NCBI RefSeq assembly: GCF_011386835.1
Contig: NC_088813.1
Location: forward strand, 10,726,001-10,790,000
Length of the DNA stretch: 64,000 nucleotides
DNA from: Chrysemys picta bellii
Taxonomy: Eukaryota
Reading direction: 5' to 3'
Shown: positions 1-13,600 of the stretch, piece by piece
Position numbering within the stretch: position 1 is the first letter of the stretch
Layout of the letters: every line of letters begins with the position of its first letter
Translations under genes and position numbers: made by a program
Notes under the pieces: model-generated
Seen by the model: the letters and a program-made list of their open reading frames with translations, nothing else
Databases searched by the model: none
Told to the model about the DNA's origin: nothing

Positions 1-1130
1 ACTGGGGATCAGCCCCAAAAGAAGGATGCAAACCTACAACAGCCAAATGTTAACATGTGTCAGCAGGGTTTTCATCTGACTGAATTGACTTCTTAGCTTC
101 TGACCCAGCCGGCCGGTTTCATCATTAGCCCCTGGGTGCTTTTCCAACTAAGCAGACATTTAGTACTTCAGAGTCACCCCTAAGGCTGAGCGCTGACAAA
201 ATATAAGAATGGAAAAGAATTTTCATGTGCTTATTTTGACATCACTCCGCTCGCAGGGTGCGGTTTCAGCTCACGTACACAAAACCAAGCAAGCTTTAAT
301 CTAGTTAGTTCAGGAACTGGAGCAGCAAAGGTGCGGCAGTGCAGGCTATACATGCGCACACGGAATCCTGGGTAATTACTTGCGCTCTAACGTACCCTGC
401 TGCAATTTCACCAGTCTGGTCCTGAGCTAGCTTTAATCTAGCAGGTGTGTCTATGTGAGCGGCGATGGATCCCTGTGACTGCACTGTAGTCACCACCCTG
501 CAGGACTTCTGGGAAAACCCTGTTCACATCCCAGACAGCAGCACAGCAATGATTGTCATTTCTCCCACTGAACAGCTACAGGGAGGCAGCAGAGAGCTGT
601 CCTTCTGGGCAGAGTGTGTATGCCCAAGGCTGCTGCAGGATTGGTTTATGGCTATAAAGGCAGCTAGGAGAAAGACCAGTTCCCCCACACCCCACAGAAG
701 ATGCATTAGGGATGAAGTTAAGTAGGCGGGAAATTTCTCTAGAAGATTAAGGCACTTCAGTAGCAGTCCACTTGCTGCTCTCCACATTCAGAGCATCGTT
801 AAAGGGATAAAATCCTAAGGCCTCATCAAGACTAGCATTTTCAGAACCCAGTTTTAGCATCACCTTTTTTCCAGCCTGTTGGCTACTGAAAGACATCAGT
901 GGCCTATACCTGAGCAATGCAGACCTGGTTACCCGAATGGCCACACACTATTGATCCGGGGCAGAACCATATACATGGTTGTTGCAGATAAGCCTGTAAC
1001 ACTGTACTTCTAGGGACAATTGAACAGTGCTACTGGCGTAGCAGCTTGTCTATGAACTCCACAGACTTCCTCTGAACACTTTTGTGCAATCAGTAAGGCC
1101 AGAATATTCAGAAGGAATCTGCTTGGATTG

Positions 1131-1136
1131 TTTATT
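1131..1136 (-). terminator. Candidate CEP85 polyadenylation signal AATAAA
   Basis: tttatt on + strand about 390 nt past the stop codon; usage not shown. Confidence 0.4.
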
Positions 1137-1525
1137 TACCAGAAGCCATGGCATCCGCTTCCTTTTCAGGTCAGTTTGAATCCTTGTGTTTCCATGTTCA
1201 GTATTTGACATACTTGGAAGAGAACTAGTAACTCACCCACCAGATCGAATCGGAGACTGCACCGAATCCAACGGCTCAAAGTTGCTGCAAAGTCTGATGA
1301 ACAGCAAAGATCCTAAATCGTTCCAGTTAGCCAATCAGCAACTAAATGACCTTGGCATCAGAATCCCTGATTTCCTCTTGTGGATAAGCACCAGCATCTT
1401 GTACCTAAAGCATGGAGATGGTAAGGTGCTTGATAGTTTTTTCCACTACATGGGCTCTAATCTCCTCAGATTTTCAAGTATTAATTTCCAGTTGTTCCTA
1501 TGCTATCCTGGGGAGAGCTTATCCA

Positions 1526-1689
1526 TCACTGCGTGATGCAGTTGTCCCCCATATCCTGTGCATATCTGTCAGATATTGCAGTCCGTAAGTCCTCGATCTC
1601 TTTGTGAAGCTGTTTCGCCTCCATCCGTTTTTTTGCAAGCACGTCTGGGTTCAGCAAGTCATCCTTCTCCTTAAGTGAAGATTGCACAG
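1526..1689 (-). CDS. CEP85: CEP85 last coding exon
   Basis: [18 protein letters not shown]...[17 protein letters not shown] at 1528-1526. Confidence 0.96.
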
Positions 1690-4600
1690 CTGTATAGTTA
1701 GAGAATTAAATCACATCAGAGACACAGTTCTGAACAGGAGTCATGCATTAGTGAATACATCACTTTACACCAGACAAATTATGCACAGTACATGGCATTA
1801 GTTAACACCCAGCAGATCCATACAGGGAATTCAAATCTTTAAAGTCTGTGAATCAGAGGTCTGAACAGAACGACAGAGCACAGAGAAAGGCAGGCTGGCT
1901 TTTAAGACTTTTCAGCATCACCCAGCCCAGCCCTGTTTCCTGCCCCAGCTCGGGTGGAGACGGGGAACGCGACCCTGAAAAAAGTTTAGGGACCACTGAT
2001 ATAAACAAATTATTCTATTCCACCCAGTGCATGAACCAAAGCCCCCCCCCATACACACACAGAGTCCTTTGTGTACTTACAGTGAATGCCCAGGAGCAGG
2101 GAAAGGTTGGGATCCTTGCCCTGTGCTCTTTGAGTCACAATGCTGTAGACAGACTGCAAATCCTGTAGGCAGCTGGCCAGTTCACTGTGTAACTCATGGG
2201 CGAGATGTGCTGTCCCTACAGGAAGCGGTTGGTTCATCTCTACCTGCTGGAGGTGCTCCTGTAGGGTCAAATTCTTCTCAATCAGATCCTGGTTCTGCAC
2301 TGAAAGCTGAACAAACAAAAGTCACGTTAGCCAAGTCCTATGTCAGATAGGCCGTCTGATTCTAATGGCCCCTCAGCGTGGAGCAGGCATTACAGACTTT
2401 GGTTGCATGTATATGTTTGGGAACTGTACAGACACTGTTCTCTGAATCAGGATGTTTTCTTTTCACGGGACTGGAACTTTGTGTCTTGCCAGAAGGGGTA
2501 TATACCTTTAGCTGTGTGGATACTTGGTGGTGGTGGTGACCAGAAGAGTGGGTTTATATTAAGAATGTCCTCTGGATTCAAACCCAGCTAGAACAGTTTA
2601 AAGGTCAAATTTTGGGCCTGACCACCACAACACTAGTTTTTTTTTTAAATAGGAGCCTGCTTCTCTCAAAAGGGAAGAATATAAAATCAACAGGACAGGA
2701 AGCGCTTATCCCACTAGCTCCCTGGCGCCCTCAGTCTGGATAATAATGCAGTGGCTTCCAAGGGATGCCTGTGCTCTTTCCCCCTTCTCTTTGCCCAACT
2801 TGATGCAGGGTGAATTCTCCCTCAGGAGAGGCACTCAGTACTTGGGTCACTTTAAGACATCAGATGGAATTCAACCTAGAATCTTTCACTCAGGGCTTAT
2901 GAAGCTCTGGTATATAGCTGTGGTGAATAAGACTTCTTTACTGCACCCTGGTGGTCACATCAGTAACTACAATCACAATCCACACTAAGTTGGGAGTTAG
3001 GGAGACAAGCTGCTGCATGGGAGCCAGGCACAACCAGATCTCAGGCATTACAAAAGCAACAACTGGGTGGCGAGATGGATGAAAAAGAGAAATCATGGTT
3101 CTAAAATAGAGACCAGGAACCCCCTTTCTAGAGCACTGTCAGGGCAGCTAGCAGACTCTGACAAGATGCAGTGAAGGAGGACCCAGCAACTGCACGTTAA
3201 GTCCCCCGCTACAAGGCAGTTCATTGTTCATTCAGCTACTGGGTTCATACACAAACTCCAATTCAGACCTCTTTCACGGCAGTGCGTAGCTGCTGCAGTG
3301 CGTTTTCTCTTCGCGTCGCCTCCTCCTTCAGAGCCTGACTTGTCCCCTCTTCCTGCGACACCTGTTCTTCCAGGCTCTGCAGCAGACCCAGGGTGAGAAG
3401 TTAGTTCAACGTATTTTATCAATGCTCCAGAATTCCCAGACCTTCAGCATTCACACCTCTCACCTTTATTCGTGAAGACAACTGCTCCAGCTTCTTCTGC
3501 TGTTTGTCCACAATCTGAAATCAAAAGCAGATGCATCTCAGAGCTGAACATGCCCAAACGTACTCAGTAATACCACTTGGGATTCTTCCTTTGATCGAAT
3601 AGCTACAAATCAGTTTTTAATCACTTTAAATTACAGCCTGGTTTGTAAAGTGCTTTGAGATTCCCTAGTGGAAGGTGCTAGTAGGAATAGCAATTATGTA
3701 CTGAGACTGGAGAGGCTGCATTCTTGGGGTTCCCCCTCCCTACCTGCTTCCTTTTCTGGATTCTTCAGTTTCTCATCACTTTGATGTTTAAGAGACTACT
3801 ACAGAATTGTAGAGTATTCACACCAAGAATGGCTATCAGACCCCTCCAGGCGTGGCATGCTGAGAACTACTAGCGCATAGCACTTGTATAAGTACATAAG
3901 AGTTTGAATGTTAAACTTGAACCCCTGTTTTAATGCCTGATGTGGAACAGTCCAAGGAAGGAGAGAAATCTGAGTTAGTGTGGGGTAGTCTCACCCATGT
4001 CTGAGTTGTATATTCAGAGTTACCTTCCTGAGACAATCACAGTCTTTCTGCAGAGAATCATTTTCTGATTTCTGTTTCTCCACCTCCTGGACAGGTGACC
4101 CTCTGCCTGCACTCTTCACACACTGCTGCACTCTGTCCTGCAAGCTGAGATAAACAGCTCATCAAATGAACCGGCAAATATAAGAAATTTCAACAACGTG
4201 GCAGTGGTTCCCTTTTAAAGGGACAATAGGAGAAACTGACATCCTCTGCCACAGAACAGATACAGACGGGAAAAGCTTTTTCCACTGCCCTGTCAATGAT
4301 CCTCCATGTGACTTGAGGCGATTTATTTCTAAGGAATAGAGGGGAGCAATCACCCCCCGTGACCCAGTCAACCATTGCCCTCTTGGCTGAGGCTGTCACA
4401 ATGGGATGCTCAATTGTATCATGTGTGATATAGACACACATCCAATGGGAACTAGTCCGAGGCCACAAGCTGCTTTCACATAGCTTCAGTAGCCTCTGAT
4501 GAATACGAACCAAGGGACCTGGAGCAGAAAGGCTTCATGCGTTTCCCTGAGCCAGACCTCCATTTTGGAACAGCCACAAGTTATGGTCATTCAATTTTAT

Positions 4601-7600
4601 CTAGAAGTTACAGTCGAGCACAATATCCAGAGACTCAATACAAGCCCAGTTCATAACTACGCTGCAGTAGAAAGATGCGCTCTAGCGTATTCCACTTCTC
4701 TGTTCTCCGTCCTCAGGATTCTAGAGCTACTGCCTTCGCTCCTAGGCAGAAGTCAGGCTCGCCTTCATCTTTGGGGCTTTACCTGTGAACAGTGGAAAGC
4801 AACTCCAGTTCTTTGCGTTTTTGTGTTTCTAGCTGCATCTCCTGCTCTCTGCAGGCAGCCCGGACATCTCCAAGCTCTCTTTTCAGCGCCGTCACGGTTT
4901 CCTGCAGAGCAGAACTCTTCAGTTCCGATTCCTTTAACTGGAACAGAGAACATTGCTCAGCACTAACAAGTCTAGAGATCCTTTGCCATGTGCCACATTA
5001 GGGCTACCCTAGTAGTTGACAGGGATTTCTACTATCGCTGTGGCAATTTACAGCCCATAGCTCAGAACATTTCTCTTTCAGAAGGACAGATTGCAATTCT
5101 ACTAGCCTAGTGTCTGGATTATTGGCAGCAGTAAATTGTGGCATCCAGGCTAATGCCTCAAACGCAGCACTATACAAAGGATGTCATTTTACCTGCTGAT
5201 TCTGTTTCTGATGATCCTCCAGTGTTGGCAGATCAGCCAGGTAGCGCTCCAGGGTCTCAATTCTCTGCTGTCTCTCCCGGTTTTGCTCAGACTCCTTTTG
5301 GCATTTCTTTTTCAGACTGTTAATGTGTTTGTCTCTTCCCTTTACCTGCATGAAGAGACATCTGAAGGTTTGATTTGCTTATGTTATAATTTCCGTGTGT
5401 GTCTCTCTCTCTCCAGCTTATCTATCTAAGCATTTATGCAGCACCCATCACCAAGATAACAAATTGCCGCATCTCAGCACCTTTTCTTTTCACTGTTATC
5501 TGAAAGTGAACTTCATCCACTGGAAGTTATATGCTAGTTATCTGGTCAGCACATGAGCTCCTAAGCCACCCTCTGTAATTGCAGGTTTTTATTGCTGGTG
5601 AACCCAAGCAAGGAGCAGTTTCTGTACTCAAAGAAAGGATGTGCAAATACACTTGGAATTTAAAAGTTATCAAGTGCCACACACACACACACTTATAAGA
5701 TGCTGCACACAATTAAAAATACAGTTAAAATTCTGAAATATAAAAATAATTAAAACCAAGCAATATGAGGTCATTAAATACACAAATTTAACACAGCCCG
5801 CAGACTCTTAGCAAGTTGCAAATAAGGTTCTGAGTGTCGCAATGCGTGTGTGCTCCTGTCCTCTGAGCTCTCTTCAAATAATCAGAGGAACTTGAGAAAA
5901 TGCCACTTTGACTGAACAAACCTCTAAGGCAGCAACATAGGAGAGTTTCCCACTTTAGGAAAACTATGGGGCTCACCTAAACCCACTCCCCACAAACTGC
6001 AGATTTATGTATCATTTGTTTTTAGAACTGTAAAAATAGGATCACTGCATTTACAGGGAACAAGGACGAATAGGGCTGAGACGAACAAGAGAAGAGCGCC
6101 TCCAAATGGAGCACTCTTACTAGTACAAGGCAAGAATGGAACAGGCAGTTCTACTCAGGGTGTGACATTTATATTCCAGAATGCACAAGAAAAATAAGTA
6201 AAGGTTTAGCCTCAAAACACAACATTTTATTAATTAAGCCAAGACTCTTTCCTCACTGAATAGATCGTTTCAGCGTGTTTAAGTGTGATCCATGTGACAC
6301 AAACGTGGATCCATAAGTCAGACTTTACCTCGAGCAGGGGAAGGACTTTTATGTCAAAAGAGGGAGTCCAACCTATTTCTTGTACTAACCCTTAAATTCT
6401 CCTTCACAATGAAGCCTTAATTATATTGATTTGCTAATTATAATTAAGAGAGTGTGTCTAGACAAGTCACTGATGTTACAGTGATACACACTGAAGAAAA
6501 TTAAGGGGCAAAAGAAAGGCCACTCCAGATGTTTTTCTTTGCTTCTTTTTGAAAGCAAGTTGCTCCCAACTACAGCCTGATGGTGGCTGAGGTTTCTCTT
6601 TGGGGGCTGCAAGAGAAGAGAGCAGGCCCAATGACTCCACACAACAGGTGGTGGTGCCAGGAATGGCTCCTTGGGCCAATGCCAGTCACTGGGCCAACTC
6701 CCCACCCTTAAGGGGAAAAAAAAAAGGCATTGACGCAGTTCCAGAGCACCAACAGTCATACCCTCTCTTCTTGTTTCTTCAATTCTTCTGCATGCTTCTG
6801 CACGGTCTCCTTCAGTGTCTCCCGAATCAGTTTCGCATCCACCTCTGAAGCAGCCAGCTTCTTCTCCAGTTCAATCTTTTCCTTACTGAGGGATTCAGTC
6901 TTCTCAGTAAACTGTGCTCGCAGGAACGAGTTCTCCCGCTGCAGCTCCTGCCAACAGACACCCAGCAACCAGCGTAAGGGTTCCCATTGTCCACTAAACA
7001 TAGCAGACCCTATTCTCCAGAACAGAAGTTACAACTCTGATGTATTATCCACCCTTCACAGCTCCCAAAGATCTTTACAGCCCCTCTTATGCACCTGCAA
7101 AATCAGCTTGCACACTGGTGCTGTTAGCCACCGGCATTAGTAGCATGACCACTGCAGTTTGTTCAGAAATCAAAGGCTCTAAATGTCAAGACCACAGAAA
7201 AACCCAGATGGGCCAGATGAATTGGCACCAGCAGACACACCTGGAATGGACTTTTACCTTGCCCACCCCTCCTATGCAGAAATAACCTGCTAAAACAAGC
7301 ACACTGCAGCAAGTGGATTCAGTGCTTGCTATTTTCAACCGACTTCTTGCTGTTCCTACTTACCTGCATTCTCAACATGCAAATATCTCCATAGGGGGCA
7401 GCACAGCTAAGAAGAGCACTGTGAACCTGCAGCTCACTCTCACGCACTTTCTGCTCCAACTGGGAGATGTGCTGCCTCTGCCTGCAAAACAAATAATCAG
7501 ATCAGACAATACATCCTTCTCAAACATACCCCATAGTTGTTGCCCTAGCTGATAGGACAAGGCACTCTGCCAGCTATGTAAACCCAGTACAGTCAAAAAA

Positions 7601-10600
7601 CACACAGCTCCTCACTCAGGGCCCTCCATCATGACAAAAAACACAACTACATAGCTTAAAAATAGCCTGCAAAGGAATAACAATTTTTAAAGGCTTGAAA
7701 GCGTTTTTGTCAAAAACATGCTTGTTTTTCACGTTAAAAATTCAAGTCTTGTCTGCCCTGCAAGTTTCTACGGCGACTGGAGAATTTACTGGTGAAATTG
7801 CGTATGTCAGAAGAGTCAAGCTGAGCAAATGACCTGGGTAGGGATTTTTAGTCCAAATGTTTAAAACTTCACGCGTGTTAACACCTGACATCAATAGTCA
7901 ATAAGCACTTTGGAGAAAGGAGAGATTTGTTAAAGACTCACCAGACCCAAATAAACATCCCTGAGATCCCAAAGAGGTCCTCCAGCAAAACTAGGAAGAG
8001 CAGACTTGGCATTCCAAATGTTTCTCATGTAAACAAACAGGAGAACACATTTTAAAAGCGTTTAGCTCTTCCTTCTCTGTCACAAAGCAGGAAAAACGCA
8101 CAAAGGCAGTTTTTAAAAATCCTTTGCAGATCCTCTAAGTTAGCCACTGCTGCTAAGGAATCACTTGTCTCACTTCCTCACTATTCGCTTCCATGGGAAT
8201 CGCTCTGAAATCTCATGGAAGACAAGGGCATTTCTTCAAACGTTTTCTTACAAGTACTATGTTATTTGTTAGTGTCGATAAAAACCCACAGGATAACACA
8301 TTTCTTTTTTTTTTTTCTTTATTGCTCTCTCCTGAAATACCTCCTACCTGTCAATGAGGATCTCTTTTTCCTTAAGTAGATTCTCACTGGTGTTCAGGAT
8401 ACTGACCCATTGGGCTGGATCAGTGGAGTGCAGTGAAGTAGCATACATTGAAGGCTGGTGGCAAGCCGCCGCTCCATTTTGTAACTGAAAGAGAGTAGGA
8501 AGGAGAGGCATAGGGTTCACAGAAGGTAACTGCTGGGGCTATTTTGTACGCTGTGTGCTCATCTGGCATGCGAGCACGCAGAAAGTTCATCTAGTACGGC
8601 GCTATTCCAGCCTGTTTCTGGGCTCCGGGAACAAGTCATTTTGGCTGAGCTCAGGCACTGAGTTTATTGAATAATTTTAGACCACTGTGCTGGGTCACTG
8701 GAAGCCATTGGTTTCTAATATTGCTACTCACCAACTGCTCACTAAACAAATGGCTCCCCCTCCAGTGAACGCCTGATATTTTCATAAAAATCTACTTAAA
8801 ATTGTTCCACAAGTCTAGATATGGAGCGAGGTTAGTCTGCTAGTTGAAATACTGAGAACCACCACCTTCTATCTGCATATGTTTCCCCTGCACTTCCCAT
8901 CGGAAAGGGTAATCACCACCTGATTTAAACTATTGTGTAGCATTGCTGTGTTACGTTACATCAGGGGTGGGGAACCTACGGCACGCAGGCCAGATCCGGC
9001 CCGCTGCTTCATTTCATCCAGGCGGCAGCAAGTCTCCGCGCCACAGGCCTTGAGCCGCGGTGTCCCCTGCAGGGCTGGAGCAGCAAGCGCTGGCTCGCTG
9101 GGTTGCCAGAAGTTCAGTCGGCTTCGCGCAGCTCCAGGCATGTCCCTGTGGCCCCTGGGAGCAGGGGCAATCAGGGAAGCTCTGCACGCTGCCGCCAGCG
9201 CCAGCTCCGCAGCTCCCATTGGCCAGGAACCACGGCCATTGGGAGCTGCAGGGGCGGCGCCTGAGGGCAGCAAGCACACACAGAGATCCCTAGTCCCAGT
9301 GGGCAAGGAACCTGCCTTAGCCCCACTGCACCACCGACCAGGAGCCGCCTCAGGTAAGCGCCGCCTGGCCGGAGTCTGCACCCCGAACCCCCTGCCCCAG
9401 GTCAGAACCCCCTCCTGCACCCTAACTTCCTCCCAGACCCCGCACCCTGATCTGCATCCCAAACCCCTGCCCCAGCCCGGGGCCCCAGCCCGCACTCCAA
9501 ACCTCTTGGCCCCTGCCTGGAGCCCCCTCCTGCACCCCCAGCCCCACACCAGAGCCCAGAGCTCCGGGGTGGGGCCATAAATGAGGGGTTCAGGGTGTGG
9601 GAGGGGGTGCAGGAGGGGGCTCCAGGCAGGGGCCAAGAGGTTTGGAGTGCGGGCTGGGGCACTCCAAACCTCTTGGAGCCCTCACCTCCTCCCGCATCAC
9701 AACCCTCTGCCCCAGCCCAGAGCCCCCTCCCACACCCTGAACCCCTCATTTATGGCCCCACCCCGGAGCCTAGGGGAAGCCCCAAGCCTCTGTGCCCTCC
9801 CCCTCTCCAGGCTGGAGCCTCGAGCGCTAGCTTGCCCACTGGCGGGGGGGAAGCCCCGAGCCTCTGTATTCCCCCACGGGGCTGTGTGTGGCCCGCCACT
9901 GATTTTTTCTGGGGTCAGTGGACCCTGATAGAAAAAAGGTTCCCCACCCCCGTGTTACATGGTTGCCACATTTCAGTGATGTGAGGAATGACCTGTATAT
10001 GTAGATAGTTTTGAGATAATTTGTATAAAAATGTGTAATAGAAGCATAAGACATTCCGCCCCCTTACTGCATTAGTCAGGAATTGTGATGACATTACATA
10101 CAACTCCGAGAGAGTGGAGAGGGAAGGAGAAAGTGATTTCAAAGGGTTTTGTTGTTTAAAAAGTGGATCTTTTTCTACCTGCATCTGTTCTACTTGCAAC
10201 CGTATGTTGTCCAGCTGCTGCCTCCAAGCACTGAGTTCACAGGCCCTCTGATGTGGATGCAAAGTGCAAGGCTCCTGCCTCCACACCTGAGACTGAGCCG
10301 CCATTGGTTTCGAAAAGACGTTATTGGGCTGAAATCCCAATGGCATCAGTCTGCTCCCAGTGGGCCAAGTACCATTTCGTGGCTCACAGGCTTCACTGGC
10401 CCCAGTTGCTGGTTTAGTCTCTGGCAGCACTTTGTAAGTGGAAATCAAGCTTGGATCCTGGAACTTGTGGGCCGGGTCCGCGTGCAGCGTATCCAGCAAA
10501 CCAGATTGATTAAGGGTAGGCTCAATGGCAGGAGTGTCAAATTTTCGAGTGTCTTCCGCTCTCAGATGATCAGAAACAGGAAACCAGGACTGCTCAAAAC

Positions 10601-13600
10601 CATTTCCCCCAGACGTCCCGTAGAGATGCAAGAGATCCACTTGAGAGGATTTCACAGCAGTAAAACCTCCACTTCTTGTCAGCCCTCCATTTTCAGTGGA
10701 CGATCTTGGTACAGCTGGTTTGGATGAAACTGGGGCACTCTGCAAAGAGCTCGGCTCACCTGTTGAGTAGAGTGTGGCGGGTGACGTACCCAACGTAGAA
10801 GGCATGACATGGGCTGTGGGGATGGTCACTTGGGTTTTGATGGGCTGAAACGAGGAACTGCTACTGGAATTCCAAAATTCTAGGGAAAGAATTTCTGAGA
10901 GTTAGAATTAAAGCAACACTTTTCAATTACAAGACAATTGCCACCTTTTCTTATCCTACTAGGAACATTTCCTAGGGTCGAGGGGCTGGGGGAGACCATA
11001 CACAGTAGCAGGACAAGGGCACACTTGCACATCTGTTTTTTCCTTTATTGAAAGTTCCAGGTGCCCCATGATATTTATCTGCCCGAGTAAATGCAAAAGG
11101 GCAACAACTGCTATCATTCATCCTAGACCATTACATTTTGGTGTTAAAATTTTTTAATCAAAACTTATCGATAAACTTATCTGTCTAGTCACTTGTCAAT
11201 AAATCCTGAAATTGAGTAAAAAGGCTGAAACTTACTCAAGAACTGAAAACTGAGACCATGGTTACGTTCTGCTCATCCCACAGCACAGCGACTCTGCACT
11301 GTAACTAAAAGCAATAGGAGCTAAGCCCATGATAAGCTGTAAGCCTTGCTGAGCACACACCACAGAGCCCTTGACCTTAGAACTCCCCTGGAACATGGCA
11401 ACAAAACCAGCCGTTCCTAGAACTAAAAGTAATGGCCCTGTCCCACAGTCACAGGAAATGAGATCAAGTGCCGATCCGTCATCTCACGCAGCTACCAAAC
11501 CTGCCTCCATGGAAGTCTGAAGTTATTCTTAGTAACTCTCAGGTTTCAATAGAGCAACAACAAGAGCTCAACTGGGCAAATACTGAAGAGCCTTCTTTCC
11601 CAAGGTGTTGATTTTTCCACTTCCCCCTATATTTGGGTACCAATGTCATGTTTCCTCGGGCTAGCCTGTTTTCTCAATGCATTGGCATAAGGCCCATCCT
11701 GATGTGCGATTTCTCCAGCCCAGCTTTGGGACAGCGAGCTCGCATTCCCATATGTTTTTAACATCAGAGTGTTGCTATGGGAAGGAATGAAGTCACAATT
11801 TTAAAGTAACTGGAATGAGGAACTATGCAGGACCCTGTCAAATGTCTCGAGCTACATAAAAGATAATATGAAGGAACGTCATCTCTCAATGTTAACAAAC
11901 GGGGGGCGGGGGGAGAATCCCTACAGATATCAGCCCCACCTAGGACTCCTTCAAAGAGGAAACAGCCCTCCAAATAGACAAGAATACACATTTCAAACAG
12001 ACTGAGGAGAGTCAGTGCCGATTTCTTCTTTCAAGTCTCCTAAGCTTAGATTGCAGCATCATGGTCAGGAGCTATTGAGTTCTATCCACTAGCAATGGAC
12101 TCCACTGGGAATGAATCAGTCCCTGGAAGCATGGGAATGACCACCACAGCCAGTAGCATCTTATAACAAGTACGCTGATTTTAAGTCAAAATAGGATTCT
12201 AATAACTATCAGTATTGCAAGTCAATCTGGGCTCTTCGGAGAAGGGACATTGTCTTGCTGTATGTTTGTGGTGTTATCGACACCACCACCCCACTTTGAG
12301 TGCAACTGGAAATTTTCTTGTGCTGAGAAAGACTAGATGGGGAACCTCAAGGTGCAGGCATACAATACTTTGAAAAAATTATTTAAGAACACCTTGATCT
12401 TGAATCTTGTGTTGTTAGAAAATATGGCAAGTTTCAAATGGTACCATACACCTGAAGACGAATGGGAAAGTGAACAAGAAGCGTTTCTTCTAAAGAGCAA
12501 TACAAGTAAACCCTCCTTATTTGTGACTGAAAGGAGCTTCAGGTTAACGAGCAGTGTCCTATGCCAGTGGTTCTCAACCTTTCCAGGTTCCTGTACCCGT
12601 CCCAGGAGTCTGATTTGTCTTGCATACCCCAAGTTTCACCTCCACTTAAAAAGCTATTTGCTTACAAACTCAGACATAAAAATACAAATGTATATCAGCA
12701 CACTATTACTGAAAAATTGCTTACTTTCTCATTCTGTCTGTATGAAATTTTAGTTTGTACTGACTTCGCTAGTGCTTTTTATGTAGCTTGTTATAAAACT
12801 AGGCAAAGATCTAGATGTGTTGATGTACCCCCTGGAAGAGCTCTGCGTACCTGTGGTTGAGAACCACTGTCCTACACAAGCCTGACTACTGCCTCAGACC
12901 ACACATACACAAGAGTTTGTCTCATCTAGCACGAGGGAAGGCGCAGTTTCCTATATTGCTGTAGAGTACATTACTTGCATACAATTCAAAAAGCCAACAT
13001 GATGCTGTGGAAGTGTAGAAGCCTGAATTCAAACAACAGAAGGACAAGAAGTGGATCAGTTTCTCTCCCCCATTAAAAAGCAAAAACATGATTATTGCCC
13101 CATTGATAGCAATGTCAGTTTCCCGTGCTCTTAAAGTCATGGCCTTCTTGGGAAGCCTTGTGCTGAAAGGAGAACTCCAAGCTAACAATCCCCTGGTTAG
13201 GACTGGATGCAATATGAAAAGTGACCTCGCAGAATGCATCTCACTACACAATCAAAATGGTCAAGTCTAGATATCATTGAGAACTATTACACAAAAATTC
13301 CCTTGTTCTGTTTGCAGCTCAAGAGCCACAATATACCAGTCTCTATCCATTTTAATAAACGGACCATAATTCTTACAAAATACAGGTAAAGAGGAATATT
13401 GAGGCAATAGTTTTGTCCGGCATATTGTGTACAGCGAGATCCTCACACACTTTCTACTGGAAAGTATATTAATGTGAAGCAGAGGCTGAAGCTCAAGGTG
13501 TTCAGAATCCTTGTGCATCTTAAAGATTATTAATCTACCTCTGTCAAAAGTCATTTTAATTGACAAACTTGTAACTACCGTTGAAGCTAGAAATTGTAAT

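Noticed and set aside
8933-9984. Overlapping 115-226 aa ORFs on both strands
   Set aside because: They lie in a GC-rich MITE with TIRs and TSD; no transposase motifs.
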